DNA of 64,000 bases, taken from contig DATKYQ010000022.1 in assembly GCA_035528415.1 (NCBI GenBank), positions 132,042-196,041 on the forward strand. The letters are read 5' to 3'. A model generated the notes under the pieces. That model had not been told where the DNA came from. It saw nothing but the letters and a program-made list of their open reading frames with translations, and did not search any database. The first letter of the stretch is position 1. Every line of letters starts with the position of its first letter. The translations under genes were made by a program, and so were the position numbers. Shown here piece by piece: positions 53,769 through 63,285 of this stretch. This DNA is from Myxococcota bacterium (GTDB taxonomy: Bacteria > Myxococcota > B64-G9).

Positions 53769-56700
53769 CTACAGGCAAGCGGCGGTATAGGAAACCTCGA
53801 TCTTGTCCCCCTTGTCAGGCACGTAGTCCGCTCCGAAACAGACGCTGTTGGTGTCGGGGTAGTAGACCCAGCCGTCGGTACAGGCATCGCAGTCATTGCA
53901 GGAGGCCTTGGGAACCGGCTGGTCGTTCAGGGTCACAACGATCGTGCCCGGATCGGCCGGTCGCGATAGGGGGAACTCCCTGATGGCCGCAAAGGCGTCG
54001 ATGCCCAGGTTGCCGAGCGCGGCAGCCCAATTCCCGGCGCACAGCGACTCGAAGATGCCGCCGGTCTGGTTGGCCACCTCGACATAGCGCGTGCCGGGCG
54101 TGGACGAGTCGGCACCGCAACCGGACGGAATGGGATCGGGCATGACGACGGCGCTGACCTTCATCATCTCGGTGTTGCGGTAGCCCTTGATGGCCGAGAA
54201 AAAATCGATATAGAAGTCAGGGTTGCCCTTGGACTGGTCCTGTTCGTCGCTGACACAGATAATGTAGAGCTTGGCGTCCTCGCGCATGAAGCCGAGGTTG
54301 GCGCCCGGATCGTCGACCAGCGGCGGGCTGAGCGCCATCCAGGCCGCCTGCAGCCCGGACTCCTGCTCGTCCGAACAGCAGGTGCCGATCTTGACGTTCT
54401 TATCGAAGGCGCCGCTCGTGTCTGGCGTGGTGTTGGTGATGATCTTGGGGCTCTGGTCGGTCTGGATCAGCACTCCGGGGATTATGTCGCGCGGGGGATT
54501 GCCCTGGCCCGTCTCGGGATCGTTCACCTCGGTGGCAATCACGCCGATATGAAAATCGACGTCCAGCGTCTCGGCCCAGTTTATGAAAGACGAGAAGTTC
54601 GTCGCCAGCGCGCTCTGCACCCAGCCCATCGAGCCGGAGTTGTCCACCACGAAAAGGACATCCGACTTGACCTGGTCCGGCTGGTGGAAAACGTCGGTCT
54701 GGTCGGAGATGTTGGTGCCCCGACCGAACAGGGGCACCGCCAACAGATCGACGTTGGAAGCGTCCGACTCTATGTACAGGGTTGCGCGATGAGGATTGGT
54801 GTCCTGGGGGTGGAAACGCAGCCGGATCTCGAAGCTGCCGCCGCCCGAGAGCGTATAGGGCAACCCCGGAGCGGACATGATCTCGAAGTTCAAATCGGCC
54901 GGATCCTCCAGGTAGATGGCGGTGATGTTCAGGCCGATGGTGCCCAGGTTGTAGACCCTGACGTGCAACTCGGGCGAGTTGCAGCCCACTGTCACCACGC
55001 CGAAATCCAACTCGGCCGGCACCACTTCTATATCCGACTCGGCCGACATGCCGCTCAGGTTGATACAGGCGTCGCCCGCGGCCGGGTATTGCGGCGGCAG
55101 GCCGGGCTTGAAGCAGGTGCCCTCCCCGACGATGAAATCGGGATCGTCGTCCGTGTGGAACCAGATCCGGCCTGCGTGCAGATCGAGCTTCGAGGGAGAG
55201 AAAGTCACCTCGATCTCCTGCCGGTCGCCGGGCTGACCTTTCTTGGCCAGCGTGAAGGGCGCCAGCGGCCCTTGGGTTATGGCGAAATCGCTGGGGAACA
55301 GCGAGCTGGGTATGAACTCCGGGGCGCCGATGTTGCAGGGGGCATTGCCATTATTGACGAGCGTGATGATCTGGCTGAGCGTATTGTTCAGCTTGACCGT
55401 CCCGAAACGCAGCGAGGTCGGCTGGACCGACAGGTCGCAAACGGCCGTCTCGACGCCCTCACCGAGCAAGTCGACGAACATCTCCGCGCCGTCCTTGTCG
55501 TTGCAGGTGATCTTCAACTTGCCGCTGTCCGCGCCCAAGCCATCGGGCGCGTACTGGATCTCGACCTCGGGCATGATCACGTCCCCCGGCTCGAAGGTAG
55601 TGCCCGCGGGCGGAGCCGAGACAATCGAGAACTCGTTGCCGGCCGAGTTCTGGCTGATCTCGACCGCATCGATACGGCAGGTGTCGTTGCCCTGGTTGCT
55701 GAGCGTCAGGATCATGCTCTCGGTCGTGTTCTGTACCACCCCGCCAAAAGAGAGCGCGAAAGGAATCGATTGAATATCGCACTCGCGCACGATTCCGTTG
55801 CCGGCCAGGGCCACCGTGCCGGTCAGGCCGGTGTTCGGGTCGGAGGACGGATCGTCCGAGAAGATGTCCACTCCACCGGCATCCGATCCGCGGTCGGACG
55901 GAGCGTACTGCACGTGGACCTCGATGCTTTCGTCGGGCGTAAGCGTCGCGGGCAGGGCCGGCAGGTTGACCAGCGAAAAATCTGCGCTCGAGTCTGGGTT
56001 GATGGCCAGGTTGGCGATATGCAGATCGAGCAGGCCGCAATTGGTTATGGTGAAGAATTTTTCTTCCGGTTCTCCCACGGCCACGCTGCCGAAATCGACG
56101 CTGAGCGGATCGGGACACACCCGGGGAGCCAGGCCGCGGCCCTGCAGGCGCACGCTCAGCTCTCCTTCGTTGACGTCATCGGAAAGGATCTGCAGATCGG
56201 TGGCGTGCTCTCCGCCGACGATCGGCTTGTAGCTGACCGCCAGTTTGGCCTGGGAACCCGCGGCAATCACCCCGGGTAGCGTCCCCTCGCTGACCTGGAA
56301 CTGGAACTGCAAGGTGTCCCCGGTCTGTAACTGGATGCCGGAGACGGCCAGGTCTTGGCTGCCCAGGTTGTTGATGATCACTTGTCGGCTGATCACCTGG
56401 TCGGTGGTGGTATCCCCGAACAAGACCGTCAGCTTGCCCGGTGCAATATCATCGTTACAGATCAACTCGGCGGCCTGACAGGCGGGCAGGGATTGATCTC
56501 CCTCGCAGTCGCTGATGCACACCTGTATTTCCGGAGTGACGCCCTGGCCCGCGAGGTTGACCAGAATCGTCGGGAAGTCGCTGGCGTTGGATGTTATCGT
56601 GAAAGATCCCGTTTCAGATCCAACCACGGTGGGCGCGAATGATATCCGCATGATCAAGTCGTCGCCTGAGCCGACGACCAGGTATTTTCCGTCGGTGTAG

Positions 56701-57074
56701 ACGCAGCCGGCCTTGAAGATGCCGGAGTCGAAACAGGCCAGGACGAAAGAGCCGTTCTCCTGCACCCAGTCGACCCCGGCGACGTTCAGCTGGGCCGTGC
56801 CGGTGTTGCGAATGAACAAGTAGCGATCGGCAACGGTGGACACATCGACCATCCCGAAATCGACGTTGATCTCGGCCTGTTCGGGATTGGCCCCCGGCTG
56901 TGAGGGGGCATACGAATCAAGCCCCGGTGAACTGTCGCTGTTCCCAACGTAGTAGTGGTCGACAAGAGCCTGGTCGGGGGTCACCGTCGGCCCTTGATCG
57001 CACTCGCAAGAAAGGGCCACGGGCAGCAACCCGAAAAGCATAACAAGGACAAAATTGTTCCTCATCCGACTCAT
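53769..57074 (-). CDS. Giant lipoprotein, tandem paralog B of 50474..53737 (same architecture, C-terminal vWA-like domain)
   Basis: Start reassigned to ATG 57074 (MSRMRNNFVLVMLFGLLPVALSCECD) with AAGGAG upstream; approx. 1100 aa. It is colinear with paralog A: CECD after the signal peptide, GQGVTPEI.VCISDC.GDQ, and C-terminal DVLFVVDNSGSM...YIICVSDEQDQS...VSYTAACL. Confidence 0.6.
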   Translation of the reverse strand: MSRMRNNFVLVMLFGLLPVALSCECDQGPTVTPDQALVDHYYVGNSDSSPGLDSYAPSQPGANPEQAEINVDFGMVDVSTVADRYLFIRNTGTAQLNVAGVDWVQENGSFVLACFDSGIFKAGCVYTDGKYLVVGSGDDLIMRISFAPTVVGSETGSFTITSNASDFPTILVNLAGQGVTPEIQVCISDCEGDQSLPACQAAELICNDDIAPGKLTVLFGDTTTDQVISRQVIINNLGSQDLAVSGIQLQTGDTLQFQFQVSEGTLPGVIAAGSQAKLAVSYKPIVGGEHATDLQILSDDVNEGELSVRLQGRGLAPRVCPDPLSVDFGSVAVGEPEEKFFTITNCGLLDLHIANLAINPDSSADFSLVNLPALPATLTPDESIEVHVQYAPSDRGSDAGGVDIFSDDPSSDPNTGLTGTVALAGNGIVRECDIQSIPFALSFGGVVQNTTESMILTLSNQGNDTCRIDAVEISQNSAGNEFSIVSAPPAGTTFEPGDVIMPEVEIQYAPDGLGADSGKLKITCNDKDGAEMFVDLLGEGVETAVCDLSVQPTSLRFGTVKLNNTLSQIITLVNNGNAPCNIGAPEFIPSSLFPSDFAITQGPLAPFTLAKKGQPGDRQEIEVTFSPSKLDLHAGRIWFHTDDDPDFIVGEGTCFKPGLPPQYPAAGDACINLSGMSAESDIEVVPAELDFGVVTVGCNSPELHVRVYNLGTIGLNITAIYLEDPADLNFEIMSAPGLPYTLSGGGSFEIRLRFHPQDTNPHRATLYIESDASNVDLLAVPLFGRGTNISDQTDVFHQPDQVKSDVLFVVDNSGSMGWVQSALATNFSSFINWAETLDVDFHIGVIATEVNDPETGQGNPPRDIIPGVLIQTDQSPKIITNTTPDTSGAFDKNVKIGTCCSDEQESGLQAAWMALSPPLVDDPGANLGFMREDAKLYIICVSDEQDQSKGNPDFYIDFFSAIKGYRNTEMMKVSAVVMPDPIPSGCGADSSTPGTRYVEVANQTGGIFESLCAGNWAAALGNLGIDAFAAIREFPLSRPADPGTIVVTLNDQPVPKASCNDCDACTDGWVYYPDTNSVCFGADYVPDKGDKIEVSYTAACL

Positions 57075-57278
57075 CGATATCTCCTTGGATTCATGACAAC
57101 CACTTTTTTGCCACAAGATGATGAGACAGTTTTGCACAGATGTTCGAGTTCATTTTTTTCTAGCACGCCCAACCTAGATTCTGCAAGTAAAAACAGGCGT
57201 GACAACCTGTCTCGGTGTTGTCGAGGGAGAGTAAACTTGTCGTTTAGACCCAAGTTCTTTACAATCGACCGTTGCGTC

Positions 57279-58250
57279 ATGAAAATCAATAGCGCATATC
57301 ACCTGTTTGCAGCAGCGCTTCTCCTTAGTGGCTGCAGGCCGGCTTTCAAGGTCGACAACGGGCCCGTGCCTCGGCTGCACCGCAGACCACCTGCAGTTGT
57401 CGCCCCGAAAGATGAAAAGGCTCCCGGAAAGCGACCCGGCGCCGGGACTGACGGCATAATCGGAGTTTTCAAAGCGCCCCGCCCCGCTGAAGTCGAGCAG
57501 GCCATCCGGATCTTCCAGCTCAATCGCGGCAGGCAGGGCCCGGCCCGAGATACCGCCTGGTATCCCTTCTTCGAAACCCTGTTCGCCTATCTCGACATGC
57601 CGGCCGGAAAAACAGCATTCTCTCCCTTGATCCGGGCGCGGGTGGCGGCCGAGTTCGAACTGGACGCGGAACAGCGTGCCGCCGGCGGGGCGGATCCCGA
57701 ACTGAAAAAGACCGTCAAGCTCCTGCTGGCAGCGATCGATTCGAGAATGAGAGAAATCCACGCCTTGCAGCAGGTCCGGGAGTACGATCCCGCACCCGAG
57801 GAAGACGGTCCCTGCTGGCCGCTGGCTTACGGAATGATAACCTCGGAATTCGGAGAGCGAAAAGATCCCATCGATAGATCCAGAATCAGGTTTCACGCCG
57901 GGCTCGACCTGGCGGCCGCACCCAACGAGCCTGTTCACGCTACCCTGGGCGGAGTAGTCTCAGAGGCGCGCCGATCCGGCAACTGGGGACGGGTTGTGCG
58001 TATTCAACACGGCGAAGGTACAGAGACGCTCTACGCTCACCTGGCAACCATCCTGGTAAAGGAAGATCAACTGGTAACCCTGGGCGAGGTCATCGGCCTG
58101 CTCGGCCGCTCGGGGCGCACGACCGGCTACCACCTGCACTTCGGCCTCTACGTTACCGGCCAACCCGTCGATCCGCTCGAACGGCTGCCCGCCATTCCCT
58201 TGAGTTTCTCAGACCAAATGCCGGGCGCGACCTTCGGGCACACCGAATGA
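57279..58250 (+). CDS. M23-family (LytM-type) metalloendopeptidase lipoprotein
   Basis: Start reassigned to ATG 57279 (MKINSAYHLFAAALLLSGC). The C-terminal domain carries HAGLD, ...GNWGRVVRIQHGEGTETLYAHL... and HLHFGLY, giving the H.H and H...D zinc ligands. Confidence 0.8.
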   Translation: MKINSAYHLFAAALLLSGCRPAFKVDNGPVPRLHRRPPAVVAPKDEKAPGKRPGAGTDGIIGVFKAPRPAEVEQAIRIFQLNRGRQGPARDTAWYPFFETLFAYLDMPAGKTAFSPLIRARVAAEFELDAEQRAAGGADPELKKTVKLLLAAIDSRMREIHALQQVREYDPAPEEDGPCWPLAYGMITSEFGERKDPIDRSRIRFHAGLDLAAAPNEPVHATLGGVVSEARRSGNWGRVVRIQHGEGTETLYAHLATILVKEDQLVTLGEVIGLLGRSGRTTGYHLHFGLYVTGQPVDPLERLPAIPLSFSDQMPGATFGHTE

Positions 58251-58268
58251 GTCGGGCCCGCCCGGTCT

Positions 58269-58562
58269 TCAGCCCGCGTGACCCAGTTTCTTTTCCCCGT
58301 CCTCGAAAAGCACCACGGCACGTTTTCCCTCGATTTTCCTAACAACGCCCTTACCGAACTTCGCGTGCCGGATGAGTGCACCTTCTGTCAGAGTCGCCTT
58401 GAACGAGTAACTGACGAACTCGTCTTCGGGCTGGCCGCTGACGGACTCATCCCAACTCTTGGGAGGTTCGACGGGCTCGGAAGCCGAAAGGGAAAAAGGC
58501 CTGGCTTCGGCGTCTCGGGATCTGGGACCACGGGAAACATGTTTGGAGCGTTTGATAGACAT
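58269..58562 (-). CDS. Small conserved-hypothetical basic protein
   Basis: Start tentatively at ATG 58562 (MSIKRSKHVS...). The C-terminal segment LIRHAKFGKGVVRKIEGKRAVVLFEDGEKKL looks like a small beta-domain, but the call is weak. Confidence 0.3.
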   Translation of the reverse strand: MSIKRSKHVSRGPRSRDAEARPFSLSASEPVEPPKSWDESVSGQPEDEFVSYSFKATLTEGALIRHAKFGKGVVRKIEGKRAVVLFEDGEKKLGHAG

Positions 58563-58690
58563 GCCGACATGATAACTCCACAAAACCGCCCATGCAAGAT
58601 CGATTGACTTCCCAGCGCTCAGGGGCAATTATACTCCTCGCGTGTAACATCTCGTGGCCCACATCCTGCGGGGGAGCGGAGGATCGCCCG

Positions 58691-59875
58691 ATGGCCATTT
58701 CGAGGAAAATCGAACACTTCATGACCAAGGCCTCCTGGATCCGCAAGATGTTCGAGGAAGGCGAGCGCTTGAAAAACGAGCTGGGTGCCGACAGGGTTTT
58801 CGACTTCAGCCTGGGCAACCCGGTCCTTGAGCCGCCCGAGGCTTATCTCGAAATCCTGCGTGCCCTGGTCAACAAACCGCCCCGGGGTCTGCACCGCTAC
58901 ATGCCAAACGCCGGCTATCCCGAGGTGCGTGCCAAGGTGGCCGCCTACCTGGCCGAGGACACCGGCGCCCCCGTCGATGCCGCCGACGTGATCATGACCT
59001 GCGGGGCGGGAGGGGCGCTGAACGTGGCGCTCAATGCTCTTCTGGATCCAGGGGACGAGGTCGTCGTCGTGGCGCCTTTCTTTCCCGAGTACCGCTTTTA
59101 CGTGGACAACCACGGCGGCAGGCTTGCCGTCTCCGAGTCGGGCGCGGATTTCGATCTCGATCTCGACAGTCTCGATCGGACGATCGGCGAGCACACCAAG
59201 GCTGTCATCCTGAACTCGCCCAACAATCCAACCGGCAGGATGTACTCATCCGAGAGGCTCAGCGAACTTGGTGAATTGTTATTACGCAAGAGCAAACATA
59301 CGGGCCGCGTAATTTCCATACTCAGCGACGAGCCTTACCGCAAGATAGTCTTCGACGGAAAAAAAGCGCCTTCCATCTTTGAGACCTACCCAAACACGAT
59401 ACTGATCGCCTCCCACTCCAAGGATCTCGGACTGGCCGGTGAGCGCATCGGCTTCGCGGCTATCTCTCCCGCGCATGCCGACCGCAACGCTCTCAGGGGC
59501 GCTTTGACTTTCGCCAATCGCACACTGGGGTTTGTCAACGCTCCGGCCCTGTTCCAACTCAGCGTGGCCGAGGCGCAGCGCATGTCGGTACCGATCGAGA
59601 TATACCAGGAGTTAAGAGACATCTTCTGCGCCGGGCTTTCCGAGGCCGGCATACGCTACATACGCCCGCAGGGCGCCTTCTACCTGTTCCCCGAAACTCC
59701 CACCTCCGACGACCTGGCCTTCGTGCGTGCTTTGCAAAAACACAACCTGCTGGCCGTGCCCGGATCCGGGTTCGGCCGCTCGGGGCACATACGCCTGAGT
59801 TTCTGTGTCGCGCGGCAGGTGATAGAGCAGGCCCTGCCGATATTCAAGCAGGTGATGGACGAGTTCGGCGTTTAG
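58691..59875 (+). CDS. Class I/II PLP-dependent aminotransferase (aspartate/aromatic aminotransferase-like)
   Basis: Start reassigned to ATG 58691 (MAISRKIEHFMTKASWIRKMFEEGERLK...). Motifs LNSPNNPTG and the lysine box SHSKDLGLAGERIGF are present, and the length of approx. 394 aa fits. Confidence 0.85.
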   Translation: MAISRKIEHFMTKASWIRKMFEEGERLKNELGADRVFDFSLGNPVLEPPEAYLEILRALVNKPPRGLHRYMPNAGYPEVRAKVAAYLAEDTGAPVDAADVIMTCGAGGALNVALNALLDPGDEVVVVAPFFPEYRFYVDNHGGRLAVSESGADFDLDLDSLDRTIGEHTKAVILNSPNNPTGRMYSSERLSELGELLLRKSKHTGRVISILSDEPYRKIVFDGKKAPSIFETYPNTILIASHSKDLGLAGERIGFAAISPAHADRNALRGALTFANRTLGFVNAPALFQLSVAEAQRMSVPIEIYQELRDIFCAGLSEAGIRYIRPQGAFYLFPETPTSDDLAFVRALQKHNLLAVPGSGFGRSGHIRLSFCVARQVIEQALPIFKQVMDEFGV

Positions 59876-59876
59876 T

Positions 59877-62800
59877 TTATTCCAGAATCAATGCCCCACC
59901 GCGGCCGTCGGCCACCTTGGTCTTGTCTTCTTTCCAGTCCAGCCCGCCGGGCCGGGTGATGATCAGGGTTTTCTGGATCGAAAACCTTGGGCCCTCGCGT
60001 GCCATAACGGTCAACACGTTCGGACCCGGCTTGAGCTTGACGTCCACCGAGAAAGCCAACGAGCGCAGACTGGACCCGGCCGCACCCGACTTGAGATAAA
60101 CCTTGTCGTCGAGAGCCCAGACCGTCACGTCGCGCAGATCGGCATCGACGTCGCTGGCTACGCCCGAGATTGTGACCCGATCGTCATCCTTCGAGTAGAC
60201 CGGCACTTTGTCGAGGCTTATTACGGGCGGCGTGTACTGGCAGTAAGGCAGCAGTGGATCTTTCTTTTTCACCTGCCCCGCAGACGATCTCTTTACTGAA
60301 TCGGCAAAGACCCATCCCGGTGCGCCCTTGCGCCCGGCCAGACGATACCACTTACCGAGTCGGAGATCGGCCCTGAGAAGGCTGCCCTTGGGGACAAATG
60401 CGACAATGGGTGCTTTCTTGTCCGCCCCCGAGTAGACACTGGCGCGCCGGGCAGTGACTTGCAAACGTACTTTCGTTTTCGCGGGCCGCTTGCCTTTTTT
60501 TCGATAGACGGGCAACTCGAACATGGCGACCTGGGTAGATCCCAGATCCGAGTCCCAGATGGTCAATTCGACCGGCAACTTGTCCAGCCGCGTATCCTTA
60601 CGCACATGGAACTGAAACGTCTTGTGCGCGCTTGCCCCGGGCGCCAGCTCGCCGAATACCAGGCGACCCTTGCCGGCCTTGAGAAACAAATCCTTGCCGG
60701 CCTTGTTTCCTAAAAGCGCCTTGGCACTGAAGGCTTTTCCGCTTCCCTTGTTGTAAAGGGTTATCCCGAGTTCGACATCCTCACCCGGCTGGATCAGGCC
60801 GTCCCCGTTACCGGCCGGATCCTCGACCTGCCAGCTGAACCCGAAGGCCGGGCGATCGAGTCCCTGGGTCGTAATAATTTTCTCCAAAGCCGGCGGCGGC
60901 TTGCAGCCCTCGCAGTGAAAAGAAAAGCGCACGTCATCCGCCCTGCCCAAGACACCCCGCGGCACCTTGACCGGCACGTCCCATGACTTGGTCTGTCCCG
61001 GATCCACCCGGCCCAGAAGAAACTCCCTGCGATCATACAGGCTGAACTTGCTCTCCGATTCAGCCCTCAAGCGGAAAAAGGGCAGGCTGCCTGTATTTTT
61101 CACCTGCAGATGCATGCTGATCTTCGAGTCGGCCCTGGCGTGACCCTGGCCGTCGGCGCCCTCGCCCGAGATCTCGAAAGAAGCCTGGCCGACGGTTTCT
61201 CCCGCCGATCCTGCCGACCAGTCAACGCCGAGTTTGTCCATTCTGCGCACCAACTTCTTCTGTTCACCCTCCCGAACCTGTTTCAAAAAGGCGCCGGCCT
61301 CGTCGAGCATGGCCGAGCCGCGGGGGCTGTGCACCTGTAGCAGGAAATCCCGCGCCAGGCGGATCTCGAAGTCTTCCTTGAAGACCGGCTCTTCGATCTG
61401 GATCTGGAAATCGTCATCGGCTCCGGCCTCGTCATTCTTGTCTTTCTTCTCCGTGTCGTAAACGTAACGAATGACCTCGGCGGGCTTGAGTGCCTGGGCA
61501 ACGTGTTTCTTCAAATGAGCCGGAATGTCCTCTTCCCTGAAGGACAGGCGCTGGGCAAAGGCCTGCACGTTCTCCCGCTCGAGCACCATGGGCACCAGAC
61601 GGACGTCCGGCGTGACACCTATCTCCTGGATCGAAACGTCCCCGGGGGTAAGGTACTCGGCCACTGTCAACTTGAGACAAGCGTCGCTGATGGATTCGGG
61701 CACCCGCGGGTTGAGGATCTGCACGGTTCCCTTCCCGAAGGTCTGATCCCCCATCAGCACCGCTCGATCGAGGTTCTTAAAAGCGCCTGCCAGGATCTCC
61801 GAGGCCGAGGCACTGCCGCTGTTGGTCAGCACGACAATCGGCAGATCCTTGTCTGTGCCTTCCTCCGTTGCGCGTTTCTCTTCGCGACTCTTTTGCTCCT
61901 TGTTGTCTGCGGTGCTGTCCTCGCTGTAGGAGACGGTGGCCACAATGACACCCTTGTCCAGGAACAGGTCGGCGATTTTCACCGCGGCGCTCATCAAGCC
62001 GCCGGCGTTGTTGCGCAGATCGAGGATCAACCCCTTGAGGCCCTTGGCCTCGCGCTTCAGGCGCGACAGGTGGCGCAAGAGATCTCCGTCGGTATGGCGT
62101 CCGAAATCCTGGATCTGTATGTAGCCGATGCGCTTTTCGAGCATGTGCGACTCGATCGAGTGCACACGTATTGTCTCCCGGGTGATCATGTACTTGTGCG
62201 GCTCGCTCCAGCCGTCACGCAAGACCCAGATGGCGACCCTGGACTTGGGTTTTCCCCGAAGCATACTGACTGCCTCGTCGAGCGGCATATTGACCGTTGA
62301 CTGATCTCCGATGCGCACAATCTGATCCAGGGCTTTCAGGCCCAGGCGTGCGGCCGGCGTGTCGGGCAGGGGCGAGATAATGGTCAGCACTCCCTTGCGA
62401 ATGGTGATCCGGATCCCCAGTCCGCCGAACTCCCCCGTGGTCTTGAGTCGCATCTCCCTGAAAAGCTCCGGCGGGAGCAGGTTGGAGTGGGGATCGAGTG
62501 TCGAGAGCACGCCGTCGATAGCGGCGAACTCGACCTTCTTGGGGTCCGAGCTGCTTTCGAGGTTCTGGCCGATGAATTCGAAAATCGGCTGCAGGTTGTA
62601 GTTCATTTCCCAGACGGTGGCCGGTGTGCCGACGGCGAATTTCTTCTCACGGGCGCCGACCTGAACCGTGGCCTCGCCGCCCGCCATCTTGATCTCCACC
62701 TCGGGCAGACGCCGCTCGACGTACTCCAAGGCGCGCTTCAACATAGCGGCCGGGTGAACCCGGGCGGGATCGACGTAGTCCTGCTTGACCTGGATCAGCA

Positions 62801-62975
62801 CCCAGCTCAGGCCCTCCATCTTGCCCAGATCGTATGCCGGCGTCTCGGGCTGCATCTTGGCCAGCTCGCGCACCGGCTTCTCGGGCTGCATCTCGGCCCG
62901 AACCGCCGGAAAATAAACCAGCATCACCAGCGCACATAGCCCCACGATACGGTTGAAAAAACCGACATGTCTCAT
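59877..62975 (-). CDS. S41-family C-terminal processing peptidase (PDZ domain) with approx. 550-aa C-terminal extension
   Basis: Start reassigned to ATG 62975 (MRHVGFFNRIVGLCALVMLVYFPAVRA). PDZ region (GGLGIRITIRKGVLTIISPLPDTPAARLGL). Catalytic Ser/Lys context (VVLTNSGSASASEILAGAF...DQTFGKGTVQ). The long C-terminal beta-rich extension is unassigned. Confidence 0.75.
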   Translation of the reverse strand: MRHVGFFNRIVGLCALVMLVYFPAVRAEMQPEKPVRELAKMQPETPAYDLGKMEGLSWVLIQVKQDYVDPARVHPAAMLKRALEYVERRLPEVEIKMAGGEATVQVGAREKKFAVGTPATVWEMNYNLQPIFEFIGQNLESSSDPKKVEFAAIDGVLSTLDPHSNLLPPELFREMRLKTTGEFGGLGIRITIRKGVLTIISPLPDTPAARLGLKALDQIVRIGDQSTVNMPLDEAVSMLRGKPKSRVAIWVLRDGWSEPHKYMITRETIRVHSIESHMLEKRIGYIQIQDFGRHTDGDLLRHLSRLKREAKGLKGLILDLRNNAGGLMSAAVKIADLFLDKGVIVATVSYSEDSTADNKEQKSREEKRATEEGTDKDLPIVVLTNSGSASASEILAGAFKNLDRAVLMGDQTFGKGTVQILNPRVPESISDACLKLTVAEYLTPGDVSIQEIGVTPDVRLVPMVLERENVQAFAQRLSFREEDIPAHLKKHVAQALKPAEVIRYVYDTEKKDKNDEAGADDDFQIQIEEPVFKEDFEIRLARDFLLQVHSPRGSAMLDEAGAFLKQVREGEQKKLVRRMDKLGVDWSAGSAGETVGQASFEISGEGADGQGHARADSKISMHLQVKNTGSLPFFRLRAESESKFSLYDRREFLLGRVDPGQTKSWDVPVKVPRGVLGRADDVRFSFHCEGCKPPPALEKIITTQGLDRPAFGFSWQVEDPAGNGDGLIQPGEDVELGITLYNKGSGKAFSAKALLGNKAGKDLFLKAGKGRLVFGELAPGASAHKTFQFHVRKDTRLDKLPVELTIWDSDLGSTQVAMFELPVYRKKGKRPAKTKVRLQVTARRASVYSGADKKAPIVAFVPKGSLLRADLRLGKWYRLAGRKGAPGWVFADSVKRSSAGQVKKKDPLLPYCQYTPPVISLDKVPVYSKDDDRVTISGVASDVDADLRDVTVWALDDKVYLKSGAAGSSLRSLAFSVDVKLKPGPNVLTVMAREGPRFSIQKTLIITRPGGLDWKEDKTKVADGRGGALILE

Positions 62976-63285
62976 TCCGCTCTCCTGGCAATTACCCCAA
63001 AATGACTCCACGGGATGCTAGGTTGACCACACTCCGATGTCAAGCGGGGAACCCCATAAAGGCCCTTCTCTCCAGGTTGGCGGCCATGATGTTGCCGACC
63101 GCCCATTGCTTCGTTCGACCATAACGTCGCCTTCCTCGACCAAAGCGTAGGGACCTGCCGGCCGAGTCGACTCGGCTCTGACTGCATCTGTTTGTTTATA
63201 ATACGTTTGTTTCTGAAGACGGAATGGCATGGACCTTGCTGCACAAAAGAGGTTGGTCTAAAACAACGCCTGAAAGGAGGCATGA

